Source: an uncultured Gammaproteobacteria bacterium
GTDB taxonomy: Bacteria; Patescibacteriota; Microgenomatia; UBA1406; HO2-37-13b
Assembly (NCBI GenBank): GCA_964413645.1
Contig: CAYPSA010000001.1
Location: 8,389 to 72,388, forward strand
Direction: 5' to 3'
DNA length: 64,000 nt
In this document: piece by piece, positions 52,071-62,719 of the stretch
How the letters are laid out: the number at the start of each line of letters is the position of its first letter
How positions within the stretch are numbered: position 1 is the stretch's first letter
Made by a program: the position numbers and the translations under genes
The notes under the pieces: generated by a model
The model's input: the letters and a program-made list of their open reading frames with translations, nothing else
Database searches by the model: none
What the model was told of the DNA's origin: nothing

Positions 52071-53624
52071 ATGGATCCAAAGAAATCAGGCGATGTCGTC
52101 TTTGAAACTATTCCCGAGCCACCAGTACCTCCAGCGCCGGGCATATCGTCAGTACCAGAAGAAATTGACCTTTCGGCCGTCGATGAAACACCTCCTACGC
52201 CCCCCGCATCTCCTAATCCTGTCATTACAGAAGCAGCGGCGCCTCCATCACCTACAGAACCACTACCCAATCCCATTGACATGAATTTCGATCTAGAAGA
52301 TCCACGCGAAGGAGGTAATAAGGCTAAAATCTTTATTATTATTGGAGCAATTGTATTCTTTCTGATCCTTTTCTTCGTAATTTTTAAAGTATTTACTTCT
52401 TTTTTTGGGAGCAAGAGCAGCTCTTCATCTTCAAAAGACATTACACTTACATACTGGGGTTTATGGGAAGACAAAGCAGTCATTGACCCATTAATAGTAG
52501 AGTATAAGAAAAAAAATCCAAAAGTTACGATTAAGTACGAAAAAAAAGATCCGCAAAGTTATCGTGATAAACTACTTGCACGCTCAAAAGACGGTAATGG
52601 TCCCGATATATTCCGGTTTCACAACACGTGGCTTCCAACTATAAAAGATGTTGTAGCGCCTCTTCCCACCGATATTATGACTGTTGCAGAATACGAGACA
52701 ACGTTTTACCCGATTACAAAAAACGATCTGAAGGTAGGCGAACAGTATTTTGGAATCCCGCTTGGAATTGATGGTCTTGTATTGCTATATAATACTGATC
52801 TTTTCAAGCAGGCAGGAATTTCAGTTGGTCCAAAAGGGTGGGATGATATTACCACGTATTCTTCAAAATTAACGGTTGTTGGGCCTTCTGGAATTGTAAC
52901 ATCAGGTATAGCTTTGGGAACTGCAGAAAACATTGAACATTTTTCAGAAATCCTGGGGCTTATGTTGCTTCAAAATGGCGCCTCAATTAACGATTTAACA
53001 TCCAAAGAAGCTATTGATATGCTTTCTGTATATCGACGTATTGCTCAGCAGCCCGAAGCTCGTTGGGATGAAAACATGCCCAATTCAATCTCAGCCTTCA
53101 TTCAAGGTAAAGTGGCTATGATTTTTGCACCTTCCTGGCAAATTCATACAATCAAAAAAGCAGCTCCTGACTTAAATTTCAAAGTCACCACGTTTCCTGT
53201 GGTTCCTGGTCAAAAGCAAATCACCCTTGCAAATTACTGGGTTGAAGGCGTCAGTAAATATAAGCCTGCAGCAAATCAAACCGAAGCGTGGAAATTCCTA
53301 AAATTCCTAAGTCAAAAAGAAAGCCTCACTAAAATGTATGAAAATGCGTCCAAAACACGACTTTTTGGACAACCATACCCTCGTGTAGACATGCGTCCGC
53401 TTCTTGAGCAAGACCCATATGCTGGGCCTGTAATCCAACAGGCTGCCTTTATGCAAAGTATGCCGGTGGTTTCTCGAACATATGATAATGGCATTAATGA
53501 CAATATTGTGCAATACTTAAAGAATGCAGTAAACGACACAAGTAAAGGTGTTGCCGACGAAGCGGCATTAAGTACTGCTAATCAGGGAGTTCAAGAAGTT
53601 CTAAGGCGTTTTGATTTAAAATAA
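52071..53624 (+). CDS. Extracellular solute-binding protein (ABC family 1) with Pro-rich N-terminus and TM anchor
   Basis: TLTYWGLWED.., SBP_bac_1-like body. Confidence 0.8.
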   Translation: MDPKKSGDVVFETIPEPPVPPAPGISSVPEEIDLSAVDETPPTPPASPNPVITEAAAPPSPTEPLPNPIDMNFDLEDPREGGNKAKIFIIIGAIVFFLILFFVIFKVFTSFFGSKSSSSSSKDITLTYWGLWEDKAVIDPLIVEYKKKNPKVTIKYEKKDPQSYRDKLLARSKDGNGPDIFRFHNTWLPTIKDVVAPLPTDIMTVAEYETTFYPITKNDLKVGEQYFGIPLGIDGLVLLYNTDLFKQAGISVGPKGWDDITTYSSKLTVVGPSGIVTSGIALGTAENIEHFSEILGLMLLQNGASINDLTSKEAIDMLSVYRRIAQQPEARWDENMPNSISAFIQGKVAMIFAPSWQIHTIKKAAPDLNFKVTTFPVVPGQKQITLANYWVEGVSKYKPAANQTEAWKFLKFLSQKESLTKMYENASKTRLFGQPYPRVDMRPLLEQDPYAGPVIQQAAFMQSMPVVSRTYDNGINDNIVQYLKNAVNDTSKGVADEAALSTANQGVQEVLRRFDLK

Positions 53625-53625
53625 T

Positions 53626-55968
53626 ATGTTCGATTTTCTAAAAAAGACCAAGAAAGACCCTAATCGAGAAGCGTACATGGGTTTAATTCTAAAAGAGAAC
53701 GAGGGTGAAGTTATTCTGCTCGAAGCAAACAGTGAAACGCGCATTATTCATCCACTTGATCAGAAAAAATTTACATTCACCGATGCTTGGGAACACCTGG
53801 ACGCTGATGTGGATCAAACACTTTTTGAGCTTGAAAAGAGAAGCAATATTGAAATTGAAAAAACCGTCCTTTTTGTATATTCGCATTTTGTTGATCAAGA
53901 AAAAAAGACGATCCGTAACCCGTATAAAGGAAAAATTAAGGCGCTTGCCGAAGAGCTGGGACTAACGCTCATGGGGTTTGTGGAATTTCATGAAGCATTA
54001 GGAATTTATTTTCATTCCGTCGAACAAACGCCACTTTCAGCGATAGTAATAGAGCTCGATGGCCCTGCCGTGAGTATTTTTGTATATAAAGGAGGGAAAG
54101 TTGACCATGCCGAAACTATCGCTCACACAAGTGATCTGGTAGGAGATCTTGAGAGGGTTTTTACGCAACTTAAAGACTCTTCGTATTTGCCTGCTCGTAT
54201 CATTTTGTATGATTCTACCGATCTGCAGGAAACGTCAAGTAAGCTCATGGCGCATGCGTGGGACGAAAAACTTTTTATCCAAATTCCCAAAGTAGAAGTT
54301 GTTGCAGCAGAAAAATTGCAAAGTGCTTTATATAGCTGTTTTGCCAAGCAAGTTTTTGAAGAAGCGGTATCGGTAAATACGGTTGGGGCAACTGGATTAG
54401 CTGGAGCAGCAGGAACTGCGGTCGTCGTTGGAAGAGGAATCGGAGAAGATGATGAAGAGGAAGTGGCAGTCTCGGAGCCACCTACTATCTTGAGCTCCGC
54501 CGCGGGCGAAAGCGAAGGATCTCAGAGCATAGATGATTCCACTAAATCAACAGAAGAAATTTCTGAATCTAATACTGAAGTCGACGCTCCCCCAGAGAGC
54601 CAAAAGAGCGACTTGGATGATCCGGTGTATGACGAGGATGTCAAAGAGGTCTCCTCTAAGAGCGCCGTAAGTGAAGCGGCCGGGTTTGTTATAGGTAAAG
54701 ATATCGCTCGTGAAGACCAAGAGCCGGAGTCCACTCCTGTGTCTCCTGCTGTATACGCCGTCAATCACACTAATATGGAAGCTGAAGTTCCAACGGTGGC
54801 AAAAAAACCTTTTAAACTGCCTTCATTTTCATTACCAAAAATTTCGATGAATGGGTTAAACTTCTCGTTTATGAAGTCGAAAGGATTAATTGTTGCTGCA
54901 ATCGCCCTTCTCCTTTTAGTTGTAGTCGGTGGAGTGTTCGCTTCCGCATATTCTCAGCACAAAGCAACCGTAACACTTCTTTACAAAACGCCAAAAATAA
55001 CGAAAGAGATTGTTATGAACGATGTTCGAACGAAAGATCAATCAAAGACAGTTGAGGTCTCCGATAAAGTGGCGGCAACGGGTAAAAAAACAGTGGGCGA
55101 AAAAGCAAAAGGAAGTATCCAGATTTTTAATGTCGAGAAAGCTGAAAGAAGTTTGAAAAAAGGGGCAGAAGTGAAAACAGATAGCGGTATAGTATTCGTG
55201 CTCGATACAGATGTAAAAGTCGCTTCTGCTTCATCGTCAACCACGAGTGGTGGAGATGTAACTATTACAACCGGAAAGCAAAAAGTTGCGGTAACTGCAG
55301 CCACGCTTGGTACAGAAGGCAATATTGGCAAAGATACCAAACTTACGTTTGCAGGAATTTCAAGCGAAAGCCTTAAAGCTACCGCCGATGGTGCATTTTC
55401 CGGAGGTACAAAACGTGATATTACGACCGTTTCTCGAGAAGACATTGACAAGCTCGATAAAAAGGTCAAAGATGATGCCCGAAACCAAGTAAAAACTGAA
55501 TCAAGTATAACGCAGCTTGCAGTCATAACACTATCCGATGAGGATTATTCGCACGAAGTGGGTCAAGAAGGCAGCGAAGTTTCTATTAAAGCCAATGCTA
55601 CGGTTACAATTCCCCAGTCAGATGAAACAGCTATTAAAAGAGAAATTGTCCGCAAATTAGTAAGCGATGTTGAAAGTGGCTATGCGCTGACTAAGGAATC
55701 TATCAAATACGTAGTTACTAAGGCCAGTGATAAAGGTGGAAAAGTGAATGTTACTCTCAAGGTAAATGCAACTCCGCAATATATACTTAATAGAGAACGA
55801 TTTTTGACTGATACAAAAGGAAAAACGATTCAAGAAGTATCTGATATTGCAAAATCTAATTACCAAGCCGCAGATAGTGCCATTGAAGTTACTACATGGA
55901 TTCCATTCCTTAAATCCCGCCTACCATTTTTTAATAAGAACATTCAGACAGAAGTCAGAAGCATGTAA
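53626..55968 (+). CDS. Large hypothetical single-pass membrane protein (780 aa)
   Basis: Cytoplasmic N-domain, acidic/Ser-rich linker, TM (LIVAAIALLLLVVVGGVFA), beta-rich C-terminal part; TAATATG junction with the upstream gene. Confidence 0.7.
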   Translation: MFDFLKKTKKDPNREAYMGLILKENEGEVILLEANSETRIIHPLDQKKFTFTDAWEHLDADVDQTLFELEKRSNIEIEKTVLFVYSHFVDQEKKTIRNPYKGKIKALAEELGLTLMGFVEFHEALGIYFHSVEQTPLSAIVIELDGPAVSIFVYKGGKVDHAETIAHTSDLVGDLERVFTQLKDSSYLPARIILYDSTDLQETSSKLMAHAWDEKLFIQIPKVEVVAAEKLQSALYSCFAKQVFEEAVSVNTVGATGLAGAAGTAVVVGRGIGEDDEEEVAVSEPPTILSSAAGESEGSQSIDDSTKSTEEISESNTEVDAPPESQKSDLDDPVYDEDVKEVSSKSAVSEAAGFVIGKDIAREDQEPESTPVSPAVYAVNHTNMEAEVPTVAKKPFKLPSFSLPKISMNGLNFSFMKSKGLIVAAIALLLLVVVGGVFASAYSQHKATVTLLYKTPKITKEIVMNDVRTKDQSKTVEVSDKVAATGKKTVGEKAKGSIQIFNVEKAERSLKKGAEVKTDSGIVFVLDTDVKVASASSSTTSGGDVTITTGKQKVAVTAATLGTEGNIGKDTKLTFAGISSESLKATADGAFSGGTKRDITTVSREDIDKLDKKVKDDARNQVKTESSITQLAVITLSDEDYSHEVGQEGSEVSIKANATVTIPQSDETAIKREIVRKLVSDVESGYALTKESIKYVVTKASDKGGKVNVTLKVNATPQYILNRERFLTDTKGKTIQEVSDIAKSNYQAADSAIEVTTWIPFLKSRLPFFNKNIQTEVRSM

Positions 55969-55973
55969 GACGT

Positions 55974-56015
55974 CAACCTAAGAGGTTGACCGTGCCTAAC
56001 TTTTCCCGCAGGTTG
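55974..56015 (+). repeat. 42-nt conserved 3'-end element, copy beta
   Basis: CAACCTAAGAGGTTGACCGTGCCTAACTTTTCCCGCAGGTTG, 5 nt after the stop. Confidence 0.75.
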
Positions 56016-56049
56016 TCATAGGTAAATGAAAGCTCGCTTACATTTCCTG

Positions 56050-56055
56050 TATAAT
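56050..56055 (+). promoter_or_regulatory. -10 box TATAAT, 6 nt before ATG at 56062
   Basis: Read directly. Confidence 0.5.
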
Positions 56056-56061
56056 TAATCT

Positions 56062-56805
56062 ATGGCCCTGTATAGTTACAAAAAAGTATATTATTCGCGT
56101 AAAAAAGCCATCCTAAGTGCAATTTCGTATGTTTCTCTTACCATAGGTTCGCTTTTTCTGTTTTGGTCATTTTATCCAGTTATTTCTTTCGAAGTCTACA
56201 ATCGAATTTTTGAAAATCAGAAATTCTTTTCTGCTGTATCAAACAGTAACACAACGGCTCTTGCTAATGCAAATTCAACACGGGGTAATAATAATATTTT
56301 TTCCACCAATCTTTCCGATTACACAAAGGCTGGAATTTGGTTTCCCACGCTAAAACAAAACCCCGATGAGCCAGTTGCGGTAGCTAAAGATATAAAACAA
56401 TACTTCCTCTCCATACCACGCCTCAATATTACCGATGCTAAAGTTGTTGTCGGCGGGGAAGATCTTAAAAAGGGTCTCGTACACTATATTCCTCGTTCAA
56501 CGCCCGGTGAAGTCGGCAATATTTCAATTTTTGGTCATTCTTCATTGCCTCAAATGTATAACGTAAAAGACTATTCCACGATTTTCACCTATTTACCTTC
56601 ACTTAAGCGTGGAGATAAGGTATATATCGCATACGATGATGCTACGTATGAATATGACATTTCTGAGTCATTTATTGTCACTCCCGAAGAAGTCTCGATT
56701 CTTGATCAAAAATACGATGATTCGTATTTAACGCTCGTCACCTGTGTTCCCCCCGGCACTGCATGGAGTCGTTATGTAGTACGTGCAAAACTTGCAAAAA
56801 TATGA
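56062..56805 (+). CDS. Sortase-family transpeptidase
   Basis: N-terminal TM, catalytic His (IFGHSS), TLVTC Cys motif, downstream Arg. Confidence 0.85.
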   Translation: MALYSYKKVYYSRKKAILSAISYVSLTIGSLFLFWSFYPVISFEVYNRIFENQKFFSAVSNSNTTALANANSTRGNNNIFSTNLSDYTKAGIWFPTLKQNPDEPVAVAKDIKQYFLSIPRLNITDAKVVVGGEDLKKGLVHYIPRSTPGEVGNISIFGHSSLPQMYNVKDYSTIFTYLPSLKRGDKVYIAYDDATYEYDISESFIVTPEEVSILDQKYDDSYLTLVTCVPPGTAWSRYVVRAKLAKI

Positions 56806-56859
56806 TGCCAGCTCGGCTTGTTTTATCCTATAAAATATGGTACAATTCACGCCTGAATC

Positions 56860-59019
56860 ATGGGTATCAAGCAAAAAATCTATCGGCTTATTTCTAATCC
56901 TCTAAAACCTTTCGTACAAGGTCTTTTTTACGGTATGTTGTTCCTCATTTTCATAGGTGATTTTGTCATTGATTCATGTCTATGGGTAGGAAGAATGATT
57001 CTCAAGGCCACAAAACTTATTGCACTTCCTCATAAATTAGTTCCCGCTAAGTTCATTTACTTTTTTTACGGAATTTTAGCAACGCTACTTCTAGTAGTGC
57101 TGTTGCAAAGCTATCGGTTTATTGCCGCGCTTCCTCGACCTTCACAAATTGGCACCATAAATTACCCTGTTTCTACGAAAATAACCGATCGAAACGACAA
57201 TTTGCTCTTTGAAATTTATCGTGATCAAAATCGAACTCCTGTTGCAATAAAAGACCTTCCAAAATATGTAACACAAGCAACAATTGCCGTAGAAGATAAG
57301 GATTTTTACACACATCAGGGAATCTCACCAATTGGAGGTGTTTTGCGAGCTATTAAAGAGACTGTCGTTGAAAAGAAACTACAAGGAGGTTCAACCATTA
57401 CGCAACAGCTTGTTAAGACTGCACTATTGACTCCTGAGCGTACTATTGAACGAAAAATAAAAGAAGCAATTTTGGCGTTATGGACAGAGCAAACATATTC
57501 CAAGGAAAAGATCTTAGAAATGTATTTGAATCAAGTCGCGTACGGTGGATCATCATATGGAATTCAAGAAGCAAGTCGAACGTATTTTGGGAAAGATGCA
57601 AAAAACCTTTCAATAGCTCAAGCTGCTTTTTTGGCTGGTCTTCCACAAGCTCCATCAATATATTCTCCATATGTAAATCCTGATCTTGCCCTTCGTCGTC
57701 GAAATGAAGTTCTCAAGCGAATGTTTGATCAAAAATTCATCAATAAGGAATCATATGACCAAGCTCGGAAATCTACTGTCGACGTGCAGCCAAATTCAAG
57801 TTTTATTCGTGCCCCACATTTCGTTTTTTACGTAAAATCACTTCTTGAAAAAGAATATGGTATTCGGATGGTTGAAGAAGGAGGGTTGACGGTTAAAACA
57901 ACGCTCGATTTGGCTACGCAAGAAAAAACCGAGAAAATTTTAGCGAGCGAAGTCGCAAATATTGCATACTTGAACGTTTCAAATGGGGCCGCGCTCGTAA
58001 CCGTACCTACAAACGGAGATGTTCTTGCAATGGTAGGATCGGTTGATTATTACAAAGAACCGTTTGGAGCATTTAATGTAACTACTGCACTTCGTCAACC
58101 TGGCTCATCCATAAAGCCACTCATGTATGCGTTAGCACTCGAGCGAGATTTTACTGCCGCATCACTCCTTGATGATTCGCCAGCGTCATTTGCCCAGCCT
58201 GGAGCCGCTCCGTATGTGCCGGTAAACTACGATGGCCGTTTCCATGGAAAAGTTCCGTTACGACTGGCTTTAGCGAATTCATATAATTTAACAGCAGTCA
58301 AAACGCTTAACGCGCTTGGAGTACAAAATTTCATCGATCATGCTCAAGATATGGGAATTTCAACCTGGACCGATCGATCACGTTTTGGTTTGTCTCTTAC
58401 CCTGGGCGGTGGGGAAGTTACTATGACTGATATGGCGACGGCATTTGGTGTATTTGCAAATGGTGGAAAGCGAGTCGATCTTGATCCGGTTCTTTCGATT
58501 CATGATTACACTGGCAAGAAGATTTATGAAAAAGATTCGCAGCGTTCTGTTTTCCAGGCAATTCCTGAAGCAGTTGCATACATTATTTCCGATATTCTTT
58601 CCGATAATATTGCTCGTCAAGCTGCATTTGGAATTCGTTCGAGTCTTGAAATTCCGGGTAAAAAAGTTGCCGTAAAAACCGGAACTACTAACGATAAGCG
58701 CGACAACTGGACAGTCGGTTACAATCCACAATATGCAACTACCGTGTGGGTAGGGAACAATAATAATGCTCCTATGAATCCACTTTTAACCTCAGGAATT
58801 ACGGGTGCAGCACCTATATTCAATAAAGTCATGAATATGATCATATCCGACAATCCGCTTAAGTTCCCAGCCCAAACACTGAATTTTACGCAACCTTCAA
58901 ACATTGTCCGTCGCGACTGTTACTACAAAAAAGGGGAGGTATTCATTTCGGGCACAGAAGGTAAAGTGAACTGCATGAGACCAGGCTTAAGCGTAACACC
59001 AACTCCACGCGTTAATTAA
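56860..59019 (+). CDS. Penicillin-binding protein 1A (bifunctional transglycosylase/transpeptidase)
   Basis: GT51 motifs EDKDFYTHQGI, GGSTITQQLVK; transpeptidase SSIKP, KTGTT. Confidence 0.93.
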   Translation: MGIKQKIYRLISNPLKPFVQGLFYGMLFLIFIGDFVIDSCLWVGRMILKATKLIALPHKLVPAKFIYFFYGILATLLLVVLLQSYRFIAALPRPSQIGTINYPVSTKITDRNDNLLFEIYRDQNRTPVAIKDLPKYVTQATIAVEDKDFYTHQGISPIGGVLRAIKETVVEKKLQGGSTITQQLVKTALLTPERTIERKIKEAILALWTEQTYSKEKILEMYLNQVAYGGSSYGIQEASRTYFGKDAKNLSIAQAAFLAGLPQAPSIYSPYVNPDLALRRRNEVLKRMFDQKFINKESYDQARKSTVDVQPNSSFIRAPHFVFYVKSLLEKEYGIRMVEEGGLTVKTTLDLATQEKTEKILASEVANIAYLNVSNGAALVTVPTNGDVLAMVGSVDYYKEPFGAFNVTTALRQPGSSIKPLMYALALERDFTAASLLDDSPASFAQPGAAPYVPVNYDGRFHGKVPLRLALANSYNLTAVKTLNALGVQNFIDHAQDMGISTWTDRSRFGLSLTLGGGEVTMTDMATAFGVFANGGKRVDLDPVLSIHDYTGKKIYEKDSQRSVFQAIPEAVAYIISDILSDNIARQAAFGIRSSLEIPGKKVAVKTGTTNDKRDNWTVGYNPQYATTVWVGNNNNAPMNPLLTSGITGAAPIFNKVMNMIISDNPLKFPAQTLNFTQPSNIVRRDCYYKKGEVFISGTEGKVNCMRPGLSVTPTPRVN

Positions 59020-59717
59020 TTACTGAAGTATTCTTGAGGGATAACCAAAAGCGAAACGGCTGAAACAGTATCTTCTTCATCGGTGCTTGTTACCACGTAG
59101 TGAATCGAATCACCGGCCTTGATTTTAGCTAGTGTTGTTTTCTCAATTTCGAGCGTTTTGCTATCCATAATCTTTGGTCGAATTTTTTTACTAATATCAA
59201 TCGTTAATTCTGCTTTATCCGTAGAAACAATATCAATACTAACCGCATCGGTGTCGACAGCGGTAATTTGTCCTGATCCGACAGTATATGGAGTGTCTTT
59301 ATAAATACCATTTGCTGTAACAGTGCTTTCGACTAACGGTCCTGAAACAAAAATGTAATCACCTTTCTCTAAGTCAGAAAGTTCAATTTCGACTTTTGAA
59401 GACCCCTTGATTTCGGTAAAACTTGTTACCGTGTCATCAATGGCAATTTTATAGATTTTATTTGCTTCCCCTGTAATTTCGATTGTGTCTTTCCCAATAC
59501 TATTAATTGTTCCCGCAATAATACTTCCGCCCTTTTTCAATTCAGAAACTTGATTGGCGATCTTTTCTTTTAAATTTTGGACTTCCTTGTCAATCGGACT
59601 GGCCTTGGTAGGAGTTTTTTCTGGTTCGGTAGGAGTTTGCGCAAAAGCTTGTAACGAGAGTATCGTTCCGGCAAGAACAAACATAAGGCTGGTTATTACA
59701 ATTCTTTTTTTATTCAC
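59016..59717 (-). CDS. Secreted hypothetical protein
   Basis: Signal peptide (..LQAFAQT); beta-rich. Confidence 0.65.
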   Translation of the reverse strand: MNKKRIVITSLMFVLAGTILSLQAFAQTPTEPEKTPTKASPIDKEVQNLKEKIANQVSELKKGGSIIAGTINSIGKDTIEITGEANKIYKIAIDDTVTSFTEIKGSSKVEIELSDLEKGDYIFVSGPLVESTVTANGIYKDTPYTVGSGQITAVDTDAVSIDIVSTDKAELTIDISKKIRPKIMDSKTLEIEKTTLAKIKAGDSIHYVVTSTDEEDTVSAVSLLVIPQEYFSN

Positions 59718-60126
59718 TGCCGAGTTGGTAAATTTTTAATGTTTTACTAGTCGAATCTTTTCCATTGTATGCGGTAACTCGAATTACGTTTTCACCCAAT
59801 ACTAACGGAAATTTTACATCAAATGTATCTTCTTCAATTTTTTCAGTATGATCACCGGCCGATGATGCAATGACGATTAGTGAGCCTTTTGGCGCGGATC
59901 CTTTAATATCGATTTCATCATTCTCGTTACTACTATTATTCTCAGGGGTAGAGATTTTTAAGGTAAATGCTTCTTGTTGTAGAATAGCGACCGTAGGACT
60001 AACGGCCGGAGTAATGACTTTTTTGTCCGAATTTCCCGATGATTTTGAATTGCTAATGAGTAAAATGGCGATAGTGACTCCTGCACCAATTCCCAATACC
60101 ATCGCAATGAGGGATTCCTTTTTCAT
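59710..60126 (-). CDS. Membrane-anchored hypothetical protein (start trimmed to MKKESLIAM)
   Basis: N-terminal TM; overlaps the downstream gene by 8 nt. Confidence 0.6.
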   Translation of the reverse strand: MKKESLIAMVLGIGAGVTIAILLISNSKSSGNSDKKVITPAVSPTVAILQQEAFTLKISTPENNSSNENDEIDIKGSAPKGSLIVIASSAGDHTEKIEEDTFDVKFPLVLGENVIRVTAYNGKDSTSKTLKIYQLGSE

Positions 60127-60162
60127 AAAGCTCAACTATATTACTCCAATCGTGGCTTATTG

Positions 60163-60867
60163 TCAAATCGGGCCAGAAGACAATATATTTTCAAAATCTA
60201 CTAAATCCTGTGCGACATCGGGAAAGAAGCGAAGCGCGTAATTACGTTTCCATTTAAGTCCCTTTCTTTCGGCGGGATGCTGAAAATGCTTTTGCAAAAG
60301 ACTTTGGAGATGATCGACCGGGAAATCTTTTTGAGCAATATCTGGATGATGGGTTACAAAAAGTGAATGAGCCGCTTCTTCAACTCCTATGAGTTCAAAG
60401 AGTTGAAGGATATTTAATTTACGATCGTGATTTACCTCGATAGGTGTAATAGGAGCAGTCCCTTGATTATCTATTGCGTATCGCATAGCAATATCCAGTA
60501 CATCGACGTATGCATAAAAGCCATTTTCGACATGATATGTAAATGTATCAGTATTGAATGGATGTTTCGCCCTTTGTAAATTCATTTGTGCTTCTAAAAG
60601 AGCAAGTGCCTCAGGATCCGTGTATCCAACTTTTCGATATACTTGCCATACTCCTAACTCAAATGCCCCAAGTGCAACGCTTAAATTTGCAATGGACTCA
60701 TCACTAATTCTTGCATTAAGCATCCTTTGCGTACTTGGATCAGATAATTTTTCGACCCAATGATTATATCTATTTGTAATAAATTGTGGTCGAAAAGCAT
60801 CAAGCTCCTGTTTACTTCGTAATGACCATTCACCCAATCTATGCACGCGTGGTCGTGTTTCAATCAT
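60163..60867 (-). CDS. Hypothetical protein (234 aa)
   Basis: ORF only; no recognisable domain. Confidence 0.6.
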   Translation of the reverse strand: MIETRPRVHRLGEWSLRSKQELDAFRPQFITNRYNHWVEKLSDPSTQRMLNARISDESIANLSVALGAFELGVWQVYRKVGYTDPEALALLEAQMNLQRAKHPFNTDTFTYHVENGFYAYVDVLDIAMRYAIDNQGTAPITPIEVNHDRKLNILQLFELIGVEEAAHSLFVTHHPDIAQKDFPVDHLQSLLQKHFQHPAERKGLKWKRNYALRFFPDVAQDLVDFENILSSGPI

Positions 60868-60910
60868 AGCATATACTATATATGCTATAGGATTCTATAG
60901 ATGTATTGGG

Positions 60911-60919
60911 TGGTATAAT
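60911..60919 (+). promoter_or_regulatory. Extended -10 TGGTATAAT, 6 nt before the alaS ATG at 60926
   Basis: Read directly. Confidence 0.55.
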
Positions 60920-60925
60920 ATATAC

Positions 60926-62719
60926 ATGACTCATCAAGAACTTCGACAATTGTGGGCGCAGTTTTGGGAATCTCGTGGTCATAAGCTTGTACCACCTGCT
61001 CCTTTAGTACTACAAAACGATCCAACAACGCTTTTTACGAGCTCTGGCATGCAACCACTCGTTCCTTTCTTGCTGGGAGAGACACATGCGCTTGGCAATC
61101 GTCTATACAACATTCAGCCTAGTTTTCGTGCGCAAGATATTGAAGAAGTTGGCGATAATCGACATACTACTTTTTTTGAAATGATGGGGAATTGGTCGCT
61201 TGGCGACTACTTTAAAAAAGAACAAATTCCATGGATTTGGGAATTTTTTACCGAAGTGTTAAAGATTCCAAAAGAGAAACTGTATGTAACTGTGTACGAA
61301 GGGGGAAGTGGAGTAGCTAAAGATGAAGAAGCAAAAGCATTGTGGCAAAAATTGGGACTCTCAGACGATCATATTCATGAATACGATGCCAAAAAAAACT
61401 GGTGGTCACGTTCGGGTCCTCCTGATAATATGCCCGTTGGAGAGATCGGTGGTCCTGACAGCGAAATATTTTATGACTTTGGAACTGCCCACGACAAAAA
61501 TTTTGGTGAAGAATGTCATCCGAACTGTGACTGTGGACGGTTTATGGAAATCGGCAATTCAGTCTTTATTCAGTATAAAAAGGCAGAAAATGGAGAGTTA
61601 CAAGAGCTTTCTCAACAAAATGTTGATTATGGAGGAGGATTTGAACGGATTTTGGCAGCCGTTGCAAACGATCCCGATATTTTTAAAACAGATGTATTTA
61701 GTGAGGTAATTGCTCAGCTAGAAGAAATTAGCGGGAAAAAGTATGAAGATAACGCAACCGAAATGCGCGTGGTTGCCGATCATATTCGAGCGGCAGTTAT
61801 GATTATTATTTCAGGAGTCGTTCCTTCTAATAAAGAGCAAGGGTATATGTTGCGACGGTTGTTGCGACGGGCTGGAGTTAAACTTCGACAGTTGGCAGGG
61901 GAGCTGCGAGCCAGCGACGTTTCTTCTATGGCGGTACGTATCTTGAATACCTACGACTCATATGCGGGGGTAAGTAAGATCGAACATACGCAATTGGTTA
62001 CAAAAGTGATTACTGATGAAATTGCTAAATTTGCCAAGAGCCTCGATACTGGACTTAAATATTTTAAGAAAGTTTCTAAAGTTGATGAAAAGATTGCCTT
62101 TGACTTATTTCAAAATTACGGGTTTCCGTTTGAAATTACTCAGGAGCTCGTAGCGCAACAAGGCTATTCTCTCGATGCAACGGTCTATGGAGAGTTATTT
62201 GCGGCTCATCAAAATCAATCGCGCACTGCTTCTGCCGGAACATTTAAAGGGGGGCTTGCAGATAGTTCTGAGCAAGTGCTTAAATACCACACCGCCACTC
62301 ATCTCCTTCATCAAGCCTTGCGAGACATACTCGGTCCAACTGTTCGCCAAGAAGGCTCAAACATTACCGGTGAGCGTTTGCGCTTCGATTTCTTTGTAGA
62401 AGAAAAGCCTACCGACGAAATGTTGACAAAAGTTGAACAGATTGTAAATGAAAAAATTGCCCAAAAATTGCCGGTGAGCTTCGCTATTCTTCCTAAGAAA
62501 GAAGCGGAAAAGATCGGTGCCATGTTCTTTTTTAAGGAAAAATATGGAGATGAAGTAAAAGTGTACTTTGTAGGAGGAGGCGCAGACCATCCTGCTGACT
62601 CATATTCTAAAGAATTCTGTGGTGGACCACATGTGCAAAATACGTCAGAAATTGGTAGTATTAAACTGACCAAAGTAAAAAAAATTGGATCAAATTTAAT
62701 GCGCATTTATGCTGAGTAA
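60926..62719 (+). CDS. alaS: Alanine--tRNA ligase, short form (597 aa; catalytic and editing domains, no C-Ala domain)
   Basis: NDPTTLFTSSGMQP, editing HTATHLLH and CGGPHV motifs. Confidence 0.93.
   Translation: MTHQELRQLWAQFWESRGHKLVPPAPLVLQNDPTTLFTSSGMQPLVPFLLGETHALGNRLYNIQPSFRAQDIEEVGDNRHTTFFEMMGNWSLGDYFKKEQIPWIWEFFTEVLKIPKEKLYVTVYEGGSGVAKDEEAKALWQKLGLSDDHIHEYDAKKNWWSRSGPPDNMPVGEIGGPDSEIFYDFGTAHDKNFGEECHPNCDCGRFMEIGNSVFIQYKKAENGELQELSQQNVDYGGGFERILAAVANDPDIFKTDVFSEVIAQLEEISGKKYEDNATEMRVVADHIRAAVMIIISGVVPSNKEQGYMLRRLLRRAGVKLRQLAGELRASDVSSMAVRILNTYDSYAGVSKIEHTQLVTKVITDEIAKFAKSLDTGLKYFKKVSKVDEKIAFDLFQNYGFPFEITQELVAQQGYSLDATVYGELFAAHQNQSRTASAGTFKGGLADSSEQVLKYHTATHLLHQALRDILGPTVRQEGSNITGERLRFDFFVEEKPTDEMLTKVEQIVNEKIAQKLPVSFAILPKKEAEKIGAMFFFKEKYGDEVKVYFVGGGADHPADSYSKEFCGGPHVQNTSEIGSIKLTKVKKIGSNLMRIYAE

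Noticed and set aside
52064-52483. 139-aa minus-strand ORF
   Set aside because: It is antisense to the Pro-rich N-terminus of the solute-binding protein and is a compositional artefact.
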